From NCBI GenBank assembly GCA_025351005.1, contig JANXWS010000088.1:8648-72647 (forward strand): a DNA stretch of 64,000 nucleotides, written 5' to 3'. The notes under the pieces were generated by a model. It saw nothing but the letters and a program-made list of their open reading frames with translations, had not been told where the DNA came from and did not search any database. The translations under genes were made by a program, and so were the position numbers. How positions within the stretch are numbered: position 1 is the stretch's first letter; every line of letters begins with the position of its first letter. The DNA comes from Pseudomonadota bacterium. Its GTDB lineage: Bacteria; Pseudomonadota; Gammaproteobacteria; Steroidobacterales; Steroidobacteraceae. This document shows, one piece after another, positions 1-9,287 of this stretch.

Positions 1-16
1 TTCCCCGCTCCATTCG

Positions 17-799
17 ATGAAGGAGTCCCCCGTGTCACGTTTCCTGCTCCTGGCAACGCTACTCCTCGCCGGCGCGAACGCTTCCGCACAGAGCGTCGCG
101 ACCGTCAACGGCGAGCCGCTGCCAAAGGCCACACTCGACGTCTGGGTACAGCTGAGCGGCCAGCCCGACACCCCGGCGCTGCGCACAAAGATCCTGCAGA
201 ACATGGTGGATCGCGCGGTCATGCTGCAGGAGGCCAGGCGCCTCGGCGTGCCCGAGCGCCCGCAGTCGCGCTTCAAGGCCGACTTCGCCCGCGACACGGC
301 GCTGATTCAGGACGTGCTCCAGGAGGCGGCGGCAGCCACGCCCGTCAGCGACGCCGACGTGAAGGCCGAGTACGACCGGCTGGTGAAGGAAAACGAAGCC
401 AACAAGGAATACCTCGCGCACCACATCCTGGTCGACAGCGAGGCGCAGGCCCGGGCGATCATCGCGAAGCTCCACAAAGGGGCCAGGTTCGAGGAGCTGG
501 CCAAGCAGTCGAAGGACGACGGCTCGCGCGAGCATGGCGGGCAGCTCGACTGGGCGGCCGCGAGCACCTACGCGAAGCCTTTCGGCGACGCGCTGGCCGC
601 ACTCGAGAAAGGCAAGATGACCGAGACGCCGGTCCAGACCCAGTTCGGCTGGCACATCATCCGTCTCGACGACGTCCGCATCGCGGCGATGGCGGACTTC
701 GACAAGGCCGCCGCCGACATACGCGAGCACCTGCAGCAGCAGCGCGCGATGGACGTCATCGAGGCGCTCAAGAAGAAAGCGACCGTCGTCTACAACTGA
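17..799 (+). CDS. Periplasmic peptidyl-prolyl cis-trans isomerase, parvulin/PpiC type (SurA/PrsA-like)
   Basis: Signal peptide MKESPVSRFLLLATLLLAGANASA. Rotamase-domain motifs HHILVDSEAQA...GGQLDW and FGWHIIRLDDV. Confidence 0.85.
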   Translation: MKESPVSRFLLLATLLLAGANASAQSVATVNGEPLPKATLDVWVQLSGQPDTPALRTKILQNMVDRAVMLQEARRLGVPERPQSRFKADFARDTALIQDVLQEAAAATPVSDADVKAEYDRLVKENEANKEYLAHHILVDSEAQARAIIAKLHKGARFEELAKQSKDDGSREHGGQLDWAAASTYAKPFGDALAALEKGKMTETPVQTQFGWHIIRLDDVRIAAMADFDKAAADIREHLQQQRAMDVIEALKKKATVVYN

Positions 800-898
800 C
801 CGCGGGCGACATCCCGCCGTCCGCCGACCCGTGGCGCTCGCCTCGGGCGCCGCTTTCGCCTACGATCCGGCCGCAGGGGCGCGGCGGGGTTCGACACG

Positions 899-1666
899 AT
901 GAAGGCGGCAGAGCTCTTCGACCTGTCCGGTCGCGTCGCGGTCGTGACCGGCGCCAGCCGCGGCATCGGTGCCGCGATCGCTCGGACGCTGGCCGACAAC
1001 GGCGCGCGCGTGATCGTCTCCAGCCGCAAGCTCGACGGCTGCGAAGCCGTCGCCGCCTCGATCCGCGCCACCGGCGGCGACGCCCGCGCGCACGCCTGCC
1101 ACATCGGTGAACTGGACCAGATCGGGTCTCTGTTCGACTGGCTCGCGCGCGATGCCGGCCGCCTCGACGTGCTCGTCAACAACGCCGCCACCAATCCGCT
1201 GCACGGCTCGGTGCTCGACGCCGATCCCGCCGCGTTTGCGAAGACCGTCGAGGTCAACTTCCGCGGCTACTGGTTCATGTGCCAGCGCGCGGCGCGGCTG
1301 ATGGCGGCCAGCGGCGGCGGGTCGATCGTCAACATCGCCTCGGTGACCGCCGAGCGCCCGATGGACGGCATCGGCGTCTACGGCGCCACCAAGGCGGCGG
1401 TCGTAAACCTGACGCAGGCCTTCGCGCGGGAGTGCGCGCCGCTCGGCGTGCGCGTCAACGCCGTGCTGCCAGGCCTCGTCAACACCAAGATGGCGGCGGT
1501 CCTGCAGACCAATGCCGAGGTCCGTGCGCGCGCCCTCAGCGCGATCCCGCTCGGCCGCATCGCCGAGCCGGACGACATCGTCGGAGCGGTGTTGTACTTC
1601 GCATCGCGCGCCTCTAGTTACACGACCGGCGCGAGCCTGCGTGTCGACGGCGGCATCAATGCCTGA
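899..1666 (+). CDS. Short-chain dehydrogenase/reductase (SDR) family oxidoreductase
   Basis: Rossmann motif VAVVTGASRGIGAAIA, NNAA motif, catalytic YGATKAA (YxxxK). Length is typical (~255 aa). Confidence 0.9.
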   Translation: MKAAELFDLSGRVAVVTGASRGIGAAIARTLADNGARVIVSSRKLDGCEAVAASIRATGGDARAHACHIGELDQIGSLFDWLARDAGRLDVLVNNAATNPLHGSVLDADPAAFAKTVEVNFRGYWFMCQRAARLMAASGGGSIVNIASVTAERPMDGIGVYGATKAAVVNLTQAFARECAPLGVRVNAVLPGLVNTKMAAVLQTNAEVRARALSAIPLGRIAEPDDIVGAVLYFASRASSYTTGASLRVDGGINA

Positions 1667-1990
1667 GGCCGCGATGGCGGTCGCACAACCGCTCCGTTGG
1701 CCCGACCGACGGCCACCGCGCGCAATGAACAGAGGGTCGCGGGTTCAGTCCCCGGGGCGGGATCGTGCGCGTCCTCAGCGCGCGACCGGCGAGGCCATGC
1801 CCGGGCGGGTGACGGCGGGAACTTCGGGCCGGGCGGGCGCGCCGCCGGCCGACCCCGGACGCGACTCGTCGCCGGGCCCCACGAGGTGCACAATCGGACG
1901 GTAGCCCGGCTCGAGATCAACAAAGAGACTGCCGCGCAACGCTGTGGCGTGACGCCGGCGGCCGTCGGCCAGAGGGCCCGGAGGGACGCA

Positions 1991-2419
1991 ATGCAGACCG
2001 TCGATCAGATGATGAAGGGTAAGCCGCCGGCCGTGTACTCGATCGCTCCGGAGGTCCCGGTGCTGGAGGCGCTGCGGCTGATGGCGGACAAGCACATCGG
2101 CGCGCTCCTCGTCATGCGCGGGCCGGCGCTGGTCGGCATCCTCTCGGAGCGGGACTACGCGCGCAAGGTCGTGCTGCTCGGCCGAAGCTCGGCCGACACG
2201 CCGGTCGACCAGATCATGTCGAGCCCGGTGACGACCGTGACGCGGAACGCCACCGTCAACGAGTGCCTCGAACTCATGTCCGACCGCCGTATCAGGCACC
2301 TGCCGGTCGTCGAGGGTGGCCACGTGTTCGGCATGCTCTCGATCGGCGACTGCGTCAAGGCGGTCATCGACGACCAACGCCACCAGATCGAGGACCTGGA
2401 GAGATTCATCCGCAGCTGA
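1991..2419 (+). CDS. CBS domain pair protein
   Basis: Two CBS-like repeats (HIGALLVM...GILSERD and RHLPVVEGGHVFGMLSIGD). Start moved to the in-frame ATG at 1991 because the upstream part of the track ORF is Arg/Gly-rich junk. Confidence 0.8.
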   Translation: MQTVDQMMKGKPPAVYSIAPEVPVLEALRLMADKHIGALLVMRGPALVGILSERDYARKVVLLGRSSADTPVDQIMSSPVTTVTRNATVNECLELMSDRRIRHLPVVEGGHVFGMLSIGDCVKAVIDDQRHQIEDLERFIRS

Positions 2420-2513
2420 AGGCGGCAGCGCCGGCTCGTCGGCGGCAGGCGGAGGGTGGCTACGGTATAGTGCGGCCTGATTTTTTTGGGCTTCGCTGCC
2501 CAGGGTTCGTTCC

Positions 2514-3146
2514 GTGGCGGAGACCGTCGGCCCCGCTCTCGAAGCTGAGCAGCTCCACCTCTGGCGCGGTAGCAAGCACGTGCTGAGGGGGGTGTCGTTC
2601 CGCGCCGGTGCGGGTGATCTCATCCATGTCCGCGGTCCCAACGGCTGCGGCAAGACGACGCTGCTGCGGACGCTGGCGGGGTTGCTGTGGCCGGAGCAGG
2701 GGCGCCTCTACTGGGCCGGGGCGCCGATTGAGGCGGACCGCGACGGCTACGGCGCCGCCGTCGCCTACCTCGGACACGAGAACGCTCTCAAGACGGACCT
2801 GACGCCCTACGAGAATCTCCGCTATGCGGCCGGCATCCGCCACCCAACCGGGCCGCCGGCCATCGAGGCTGCGCTCGCGCGCCTCGGCGTGAGCGACCAG
2901 ATGAACCTGCCGGTGCGCGCGCTGTCTGCGGGCCAGCGTCGCCGCGCGGCGATGGCGCGCGTGCTGATCGCGCGCGCGCGCCTCTGGCTCCTCGATGAAC
3001 CGTTCACGAACCTCGACGCGGGCGGTGTCCGCGACCTGTCGGCGCTTGTCGTCGGGCACGTGCGGGAGGGCGGCATCGCGCTGCTGACCGCGCATGCCGA
3101 ACTCGATCTGCCGGGCGCAGCAGTGCGGCGCCTCGAGCTCGCATGA
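2514..3146 (+). CDS. ccmA: Heme exporter ATP-binding protein CcmA
   Basis: Walker A GPNGCGKTTLLR, ABC signature LSAGQRRR, Walker B LWLLDEP. First gene of the ccm operon; GTG start. Confidence 0.9.
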   Translation: MAETVGPALEAEQLHLWRGSKHVLRGVSFRAGAGDLIHVRGPNGCGKTTLLRTLAGLLWPEQGRLYWAGAPIEADRDGYGAAVAYLGHENALKTDLTPYENLRYAAGIRHPTGPPAIEAALARLGVSDQMNLPVRALSAGQRRRAAMARVLIARARLWLLDEPFTNLDAGGVRDLSALVVGHVREGGIALLTAHAELDLPGAAVRRLELA

Positions 3147-3832
3147 GCGCTGTCACGACCGGCCTCGGACGGGCGGCCTGGCTGGTGTTCGAGCGTGACC
3201 TTCGGCTCGCGTTCCGGCGCTGGGACCAGGTGAGCCACCCGGTCGTGTTCTTCGTGATGGTCGTCACGCTATTTCCGCTGGCACTCGGCCCCGAGCCGTC
3301 GCTATTGAGGAACATGGCGGCCGGTGTGGTTTGGGTGGCGGCGCTGCTATCCTCACTGCTGGCGCTCGAGTCCCTGTACCGGGCCGACTTCGAGGACGGC
3401 ACGCTCGAGCAGCTGACGCTGTCCGGGCAGCCCCTTGCGTGGCTGCTGCTCGCGAAGACTCTGGCGCACTGGTTCCTGAGCGGCATCCCGCTGGTGGTCG
3501 CGGCGCCGGTGCTCGCGGCCTCGCTGGCGGCACCGTCCACGGTGGTCGGCGTACTGATGACGTCGCTCGCGCTCGGCACCGGCGTGCTGAGCTTCCTGGG
3601 CTCGGTGGGCGCCGCGCTGACGCTGGGCACGAGGCGCGGCGGCGTGCTGATGTCGCTGCTGGTCCTGCCGCTCGCGATGCCGGTGCTGATCTTCGGCGCG
3701 CGGGCGACGGAACAGGCGATGCACGGTGAGCCGGCCGCGGGGCCGCTGTGGCTGCTGGCGGCGATGCTGATCCTCGCGATCACCCTCGCGCCGTGGGCCT
3801 CGTCGGCGGCAGTGCGGATCAGTCTCGACTGA
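3143..3832 (+). CDS. ccmB: Heme exporter membrane protein CcmB
   Basis: Polytopic membrane protein of ~229 aa. ATGA overlap with ccmA; position in the ccm operon. Confidence 0.9.
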   Translation: MSAVTTGLGRAAWLVFERDLRLAFRRWDQVSHPVVFFVMVVTLFPLALGPEPSLLRNMAAGVVWVAALLSSLLALESLYRADFEDGTLEQLTLSGQPLAWLLLAKTLAHWFLSGIPLVVAAPVLAASLAAPSTVVGVLMTSLALGTGVLSFLGSVGAALTLGTRRGGVLMSLLVLPLAMPVLIFGARATEQAMHGEPAAGPLWLLAAMLILAITLAPWASSAAVRISLD

Positions 3833-3855
3833 CTCGGAGAGGCAAGGAATCGGAC

Positions 3856-4596
3856 GTGGGCACCTGGACCTGGTTTCACAAGCTGGCCTCACCGCCGCAC
3901 TTCTACCGGATCGCCGGTCGGCTGATACCGTGGTTCGCGGTCCCGGCCGCACTGCTGATCGCCGGCGGCCTGTACGGAGGCCTGGTGCGTGCGCCGCCGG
4001 ACTACCAGCAGGGCGAGGCGTTCCGGATCATCTACGTGCACGCGCCAAGCGCCTGGCTGTCGCTGGTCTGTTACACGACGATGGCGGTCGCGGCCGCGGT
4101 CGGGCTCATCTGGCGCATCAAGCTCGCGCACGCGCTGGCCGCGGCGACCGCGCCGATCGGCGCCTCGTTCGCACTGCTGTGTCTCGCGACCGGGTCGCTG
4201 TGGGGCCGGCCGATGTGGGGCACGTGGTGGGAATGGGACGCGCGTCTCACTTCGCAGCTGATCCTGTTCTTCCTGTATCTGGGCTACATGGCGCTGCGCT
4301 CGGCCTACGACGACCTGGGGCGCGCCGACCGCGCGAGCGCGGTGCTCGCGATCGTCGGCATCGTCAACGTGCCGATCATCCATTTCTCGGTCGACTGGTG
4401 GAACTCGCTGCACCAGGGCTCCACGGTCATCCGCAAGGGCGGCCCGGCGATGCCGCCGTCAATGCTGGTGCCGCTCTTGATGTGCTTCGCGGGTTTCACG
4501 CTGTTGTACGCCGCGCTCGCCTGCATCCGGGTGCGCGCCGAGGTACTGGAGCGCGAGCGGAACGCGACCTGGCTGCGGGAACTTCCACCGGCCTGA
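3856..4596 (+). CDS. ccmC: Heme exporter / heme lyase subunit CcmC
   Basis: Trp-rich WWD motif WGRPMWGTWWEWDARL. GTG at 3856 gives a typical ~246-aa CcmC with N-terminus VGTWTWFHKLASP. Confidence 0.85.
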   Translation: MGTWTWFHKLASPPHFYRIAGRLIPWFAVPAALLIAGGLYGGLVRAPPDYQQGEAFRIIYVHAPSAWLSLVCYTTMAVAAAVGLIWRIKLAHALAAATAPIGASFALLCLATGSLWGRPMWGTWWEWDARLTSQLILFFLYLGYMALRSAYDDLGRADRASAVLAIVGIVNVPIIHFSVDWWNSLHQGSTVIRKGGPAMPPSMLVPLLMCFAGFTLLYAALACIRVRAEVLERERNATWLRELPPA

Positions 4597-4617
4597 AATG
4601 GCCATAGGAACAGCGAC

Positions 4618-4800
4618 ATGGAAGAATTCCTGCACATGGGTGGTTACGCCCGCTACGTCTGGCCGTCGTACGGGCTCGCGCTGCTGGTGCTCGGCTGGAA
4701 CATCTGGTCCGCGCTCAGGCTCGGGCGCGCGGCGCGCGCCGGGGCCGAGCGCCGGCTGGCAGCAGGCGCGACGGAGGGACGCGATCATGGCGATCGGTGA
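4618..4800 (+). CDS. ccmD: Heme exporter small membrane protein CcmD
   Basis: 60-aa single-TM protein (YVWPSYGLALLVLGWNIW) between ccmC and ccmE. Confidence 0.7.
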   Translation: MEEFLHMGGYARYVWPSYGLALLVLGWNIWSALRLGRAARAGAERRLAAGATEGRDHGDR

Positions 4801-4818
4801 CGCGGGCGGGGAGCGCGC

Positions 4819-5256
4819 ATGACGCCGCGTCGCAAACGCCTGTTCTCGGTAGTGGCGATTCTCGCCGGCGTCGGGCTCGCCGCCGTCGTCGCGCTCAAGG
4901 CCTTCGACAACAACCTGCTGTACTTCTACGACCCCTCGCAGGTCGCCGCCGGCATGGCGCCGGCGGGCAAGACGTTTCGCATCGGCGGCATGGTGACCAA
5001 GGGCAGCGTCGCGCGCACGCCCGGCAGCCTCGAAGTGAGATTCGTGATCACCGACTTCGCGAAGAGCGTGACGGTCGTCTACGACCAGATTCTGCCGGAC
5101 CTGTTCCGCGAGGGGCAGGGCATCATCGCGCACGGCCGCATGCGGGACGGCGTGTTCGTCGCCGACGACGTGCTCGCCAAGCACGACGAGAAGTACATGC
5201 CGCCCGAGGTGGCCAAGTCGCTGAAGCACGCCATACCGCCGGAGGGCAGCACGTGA
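4819..5256 (+). CDS. ccmE: Cytochrome c-type biogenesis heme chaperone CcmE
   Basis: N-terminal TM anchor, OB-fold-like body, heme-binding HxxxY in [13 protein letters not shown]. Confidence 0.9.
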   Translation: MTPRRKRLFSVVAILAGVGLAAVVALKAFDNNLLYFYDPSQVAAGMAPAGKTFRIGGMVTKGSVARTPGSLEVRFVITDFAKSVTVVYDQILPDLFREGQGIIAHGRMRDGVFVADDVLAKHDEKYMPPEVAKSLKHAIPPEGST

Positions 5257-7214
5257 TACCCGAGCTCGGCACGCTGTCCCTGATCATCGCCCTGCTGCTG
5301 TCGGCCGCGCAGAGTTTCTTCGGCCTGGCCGGCGCCCATCGCAACCGGCTGTCCTGGATGCAGGTCGTGACGCCGGCGGTCGCGGGCGTGTGGGTGTTCG
5401 TCGCGCTCTCGTTCGGGATCCTGACCTACTCGTTCATCACCAACGACTTCTCGGTCGGCTACGTCGCCGGCAACTCGAACTCGGCGCTGCCGCTCGTGTA
5501 CCGGATCGCCGCGGTCTGGGGCGCGCACGAGGGCTCGCTGCTGCTGTGGATCCTGATTCTCTCTACCTGGGCGCTCTTGGTCGCGGGCCTGTCGAGCAGC
5601 CTGCCGGTGGCGTTCCGCGCCCGCGTACTCGGCGTGCTCGGCCTGATCGGCCTCGGCTTCATGAGCTTCACGTTGCTCACCTCGAGCCCGTTCACGCGGC
5701 TGCTGCCGGCCGCCGCCGACGGCGCCGACCTGAACCCGATCCTGCAGGACCCGGCACTCGCGATCCATCCGCCGATGCTCTACATGGGCTACGTCGGCAC
5801 CTCCGTCGCGTTCTCGTTCGCGGTGGCCGCGATGCTGGCGGGCCGTATCGACGCCGGCTGGGCGCGCTGGACCCGGCCCTGGACGGTGGCCGCCTGGATG
5901 TGCCTGACCTGCGGCATCGCGCTCGGCAGCTGGTGGGCCTACTACGAGCTCGGCTGGGGCGGCTGGTGGTTCTGGGACGCCGTCGAGAATGCCTCGTTCA
6001 TGCCGTGGCTCGCCTCGACGGCGCTGATCCACTCGCTCGCGGTCACCGAGAAGCGCGGCTTGTTCCGCAGCTGGACGTTGCTGCTCGCGATCTTCGCGTT
6101 CTCGCTCAGCCTGCTCGGCACCTTTCTGGTGCGCTCCGGCATCCTGGTGTCGGTGCATTCGTTCGCGTCCGACCCGGCGCGCGGCCTCTACATCCTGGCG
6201 CTGCTGATGTTCTTCATCGTCGGCTCGCTGACCCTGTACGCGTTCCGCGCGCCGTCGCTGAAGGGCGGCGGCGGCTTCGAGCTCGTGTCGCGCGAGAGCT
6301 TCCTGCTGCTCAACAACGCGCTGCTGGTCGCGGCGGCGCTCTTGATCCTGGTCGGCACGCTCTGGCCGCTGGCGATGGACGCCTTCAACCTCGGCAAGAT
6401 CTCGGTCGGGCCGCCGTACTTCAACATGGTGTTCCTGGTGCCGGCGCTGCCGCTCGTGATGCTGCTCGGCATTGGCATGCATGCGGGCTGGAAGCGCGCC
6501 TCGCTGCAGACGTTCCGGCGCAAACTGCTCGCGATCGCGGGCGTCGCCGGCGTGCTGGCACTCGCTACCGCACTGATCGGCTTCGGCAGCTTCGGCGTGC
6601 CGCTGACCGTGCTCGGCTTCGCCGCCGGCTGCTTCGTGATGGGCTCGGCGCTGATCGAGCCGGTCCAGCAGTGGCGCCGCGGCCAGGGCCTGCCGCGGGC
6701 AGCGCTCGGCATGGCGATCGCGCATTTCGGCGTCGGCATGTTCGTGATCGGCGTCACCGGCGTCGCGTCCTACAAGATCGAGAAGGACGTCGGGCTCGCC
6801 GCCGGCGACTCGGCGACCGTGGCCGGCTATACGTTCAAGTTCCTCGGCACGCAGCCGGTGTCCGGGCCGAACTACGAGGCGATCGAGGGGCGTGTCGCCG
6901 TGAGCCGCGGTGCGACGCCCGTCACCGAGCTTGCGACCCAGAAGCGCACCTACCGCGTGCAGCAGAACCCGATGACGCACGCCGGCATCGACGTCGCCTG
7001 GAACCGCGACCTGTTCGTCGCGCTCGGCGACGAGCTCGGCGCCGACAAGTGGAGCCTGCGGCTGCAGTACAAGCCGCTGGTGCGCTACATCTGGCTGGGA
7101 GCGCTGGTAGCCGCGATCGGCGGACTGGTCGCGATTCTCGACCGGCGCTACCGCGTCCGCCGCACTACCGCGGTACCGGCCGCGGCGCCCGGCAGCGCCA
7201 GCACGGTGGCCTGA
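5253..7214 (+). CDS. ccmF: Cytochrome c heme lyase subunit CcmF
   Basis: WWD motif [20 protein letters not shown]; large polytopic protein (~653 aa). GTG at 5253 overlaps the ccmE stop; the upstream part of the track ORF is a frame artefact. Confidence 0.9.
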   Translation: MIPELGTLSLIIALLLSAAQSFFGLAGAHRNRLSWMQVVTPAVAGVWVFVALSFGILTYSFITNDFSVGYVAGNSNSALPLVYRIAAVWGAHEGSLLLWILILSTWALLVAGLSSSLPVAFRARVLGVLGLIGLGFMSFTLLTSSPFTRLLPAAADGADLNPILQDPALAIHPPMLYMGYVGTSVAFSFAVAAMLAGRIDAGWARWTRPWTVAAWMCLTCGIALGSWWAYYELGWGGWWFWDAVENASFMPWLASTALIHSLAVTEKRGLFRSWTLLLAIFAFSLSLLGTFLVRSGILVSVHSFASDPARGLYILALLMFFIVGSLTLYAFRAPSLKGGGGFELVSRESFLLLNNALLVAAALLILVGTLWPLAMDAFNLGKISVGPPYFNMVFLVPALPLVMLLGIGMHAGWKRASLQTFRRKLLAIAGVAGVLALATALIGFGSFGVPLTVLGFAAGCFVMGSALIEPVQQWRRGQGLPRAALGMAIAHFGVGMFVIGVTGVASYKIEKDVGLAAGDSATVAGYTFKFLGTQPVSGPNYEAIEGRVAVSRGATPVTELATQKRTYRVQQNPMTHAGIDVAWNRDLFVALGDELGADKWSLRLQYKPLVRYIWLGALVAAIGGLVAILDRRYRVRRTTAVPAAAPGSASTVA

Positions 7215-7217
7215 GCG

Positions 7218-7763
7218 ATGTGGCGCCACTTCGCCCCGGCCGCCGCGTTTCTCGCGCTCGGCGGACTGTTCGCGTTCGCGCTGATGCGCATCGGCCAGGG
7301 CCGGCTCGACGTCCACGAGATCAGGTCGCCGCTGCTCGGTCGGCCGGCGCCGACGTTCGTGCTGCCCTCGGTGACCGACCCGTCCCGGTTGGTCGACACC
7401 AAGGCATTGGCCGGGCGCATGTACGTCGTCAACGTCTGGGGCACCTGGTGCGGCGGCTGCCGCGAGGAGCACTCGGCGCTGATGGCGATCGCGCACTCGA
7501 CGACGGTGCCGATCATCGGCATCGACTGGAAGGACGACGGCCAGCAGGCGCGCTTGTACCTGGCGCAACTCGGCAACCCGTACCAGCAGGTCGCGGCCGA
7601 CCGCGACGGCAGAGTCGCGATCGACTGGGGCGTGTATGGCGCGCCCGAGACCTTCCTCGTGTCGTCCAGCGGGGTCGTGCTCGAGAAGCAGGTCGGACCG
7701 CTCAGCGAGGCGCTGTGGGCCGAGAAGTTCGGCCGCTACCTGCAGGGCGAGGGCGGATCGTGA
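7218..7763 (+). CDS. ccmG: Thiol:disulfide interchange protein CcmG/DsbE
   Basis: Thioredoxin-fold active site WGTWCGGCREEH; N-terminal membrane anchor. Confidence 0.9.
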   Translation: MWRHFAPAAAFLALGGLFAFALMRIGQGRLDVHEIRSPLLGRPAPTFVLPSVTDPSRLVDTKALAGRMYVVNVWGTWCGGCREEHSALMAIAHSTTVPIIGIDWKDDGQQARLYLAQLGNPYQQVAADRDGRVAIDWGVYGAPETFLVSSSGVVLEKQVGPLSEALWAEKFGRYLQGEGGS

Positions 7764-8182
7764 CGCGCTGGCTCGCGCTCGCCGCACTCTCTGCGCTCTG
7801 CTCGACTGCGCTTGCGATCGACAGCGGCGCGGCGTTTCCCGACGCCGAGCGGCAGGCGCGCTACGACCACCTCACGAGCCAGCTGCGCTGCCTCGTCTGC
7901 CAGAACCAGTCGATCGCCGACTCGAACGCCGGCCTTGCCGCCGACCTCCGGCGTGAGGTCCAGGAGATGATCGCCGCCGGCAAGTCCGACACGGAGATCA
8001 AGAGCTTCCTGACCGCACGCTACGGCGACTTCGTCCTCTACGACCCACCGCTGACCGCCCGCACGGTGCTGCTGTGGGCGGCGCCCGCGCTGCTCGTGCT
8101 GATCACGGTGGGCGCCGCCACGCGTGTCATCCTGCGGCGCTCGCGGACGCCGTTCGGCCCCGACCCGGACGAGCCCGGTTGA
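7760..8182 (+). CDS. ccmH: Cytochrome c-type biogenesis protein CcmH
   Basis: Signal peptide plus LRCLVCQNQSIADS (CxxC) motif and a C-terminal TM. GTG at 7760 overlaps the ccmG stop. Confidence 0.85.
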   Translation: MTRWLALAALSALCSTALAIDSGAAFPDAERQARYDHLTSQLRCLVCQNQSIADSNAGLAADLRREVQEMIAAGKSDTEIKSFLTARYGDFVLYDPPLTARTVLLWAAPALLVLITVGAATRVILRRSRTPFGPDPDEPG

Positions 8183-9285
8183 CGACCTTCATCATCCTCG
8201 GCGCGCTGCTGGTGACGGTGGCGCTCGCGCTCGTGACGTGGCCGCTTTACCGCGCGCGGGCGGGCGACGGCCGCGGCAGCTGGATCGCGGTGCTGGTGCT
8301 GGTGATCGCGTTGCCCGCCGGATCGCTGCTGCTGTACCGCTCGGCCAGCAACTTCAGCTGGGATCCGGCGGCCGGGAGCGCGGCGGCGCCGCACTCGATC
8401 CAGGAAATGATCGGCAAGCTCGAGGACCGCCTGAAGCAGAAGCCGGCCGACGTCGACGGCTGGCTGATGCTCGGCCGCACGCGGTTCGTCACCAACGACT
8501 ATGCGCGCGCGGTCGCGGCGTTCGCCGAGGCGTACCGGCTGAGCGACGGCAGGAACCTCGAGGCGCTGATCGGCTACGGCGAGTCGCTGACGATGCAGGA
8601 CCAGGCGGCGCTGCGCGGCCGGGCCGGGGAACTGTTCGAGGCCGCGCTCGCGCTCGACCCGCAAAACGCGAAAGGGCTGTGGTATGGCGGCCTGGCCGCG
8701 GCGATCGGCGGCAAGCTCGAGCTCGCCCGCGAGCGCTGGCTGCAGCTGCTCGGCCAGGAACTGCCGCCGGACGTGCGCGGCGTCCTGGTGCAGCGACTCA
8801 CCGAGCTCGATGCGCAGCTCGGCCGCCAGAACGACCCGGAGCTCGCGAAGCTCGCGCAGGCGGGCCCGCCGGCCGCGCTGCCGACCGGCATGGGCGGGTC
8901 CGACGCAAGGGCTGCACCGGCGCCTGCGGCGACCGCCGGCAGCGCGGTGGTCCACGTCCGGGTCAGGCTCGGCGCGGCGTTCGGCGGCAAGGTGCCGCCG
9001 GGTGCGCCGCTCTTCGTGCTCGCGCGGGACCCGACCCAGCCGGGGCCGCCGTTCGCCGTCAAGCGCTTCGCGGCCGCGACCCTGCCGATGGACGTCGAGC
9101 TGACCGAGCAGGATGCGATGCTGCCGAGCCGCACGATCCGCACGGCGCGCAAGCTCGTCATCGTCGCGCGCTTCTCGGCATCGGGCCAGCCGGTCGCCGC
9201 GAGCGGCGACCTGTTCGGCGAGGTGCCCTACGAGCTGGACGGCGGCAAGCCGGTTGAGCTGCTGGTCGACAAGCAAGTGCCCTGA
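8179..9285 (+). CDS. ccmI: Cytochrome c-type biogenesis protein CcmI (TPR-containing)
   Basis: N-terminal TMs (TTFIILGALLVTVALALVTWPLY), TPR-like region, position after ccmH. The start (TTG at 8179, overlapping the ccmH stop) is inferred and uncertain. Confidence 0.7.
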   Translation: MTTFIILGALLVTVALALVTWPLYRARAGDGRGSWIAVLVLVIALPAGSLLLYRSASNFSWDPAAGSAAAPHSIQEMIGKLEDRLKQKPADVDGWLMLGRTRFVTNDYARAVAAFAEAYRLSDGRNLEALIGYGESLTMQDQAALRGRAGELFEAALALDPQNAKGLWYGGLAAAIGGKLELARERWLQLLGQELPPDVRGVLVQRLTELDAQLGRQNDPELAKLAQAGPPAALPTGMGGSDARAAPAPAATAGSAVVHVRVRLGAAFGGKVPPGAPLFVLARDPTQPGPPFAVKRFAAATLPMDVELTEQDAMLPSRTIRTARKLVIVARFSASGQPVAASGDLFGEVPYELDGGKPVELLVDKQVP

Positions 9286-9287
9286 GC

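Noticed and set aside
1733-1761. tRNA T-arm-like string GGGTCGCGGGTTCAGTCCCCGGGGCGGGA in the 325-bp SDR/CBS spacer (possible tRNA, or the att-site remnant of an integrative element).
   Set aside because: The T-stem closes with a mismatch and the loop TTCAGTC is non-canonical at position 5. There is no matching 5' acceptor, D-arm or anticodon arm within ~80 nt upstream, and no integrase is nearby. Running tRNAscan-SE/ARAGORN would settle it.
2440-2490. T7 run (2481-2487) after the CBS gene as an intrinsic terminator.
   Set aside because: I could not fold a stable GC-rich stem immediately upstream of the T-run.
5079-7787. 902-aa minus-strand ORF antisense to ccmF/ccmG. Similar giants: 33643-36489 (-) 948 aa antisense to the fadB-like gene, 52181-56464 (+) 1427 aa antisense to addA, 57834-59972 (+) 712 aa, and 8038-9423 (-) 461 aa.
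   Set aside because: They are Arg/Ala/Pro/Gly-dominated with no motifs, and lie exactly opposite genes with strong family signatures. This is typical stop-codon-poor shadow frames of ~70% GC DNA.
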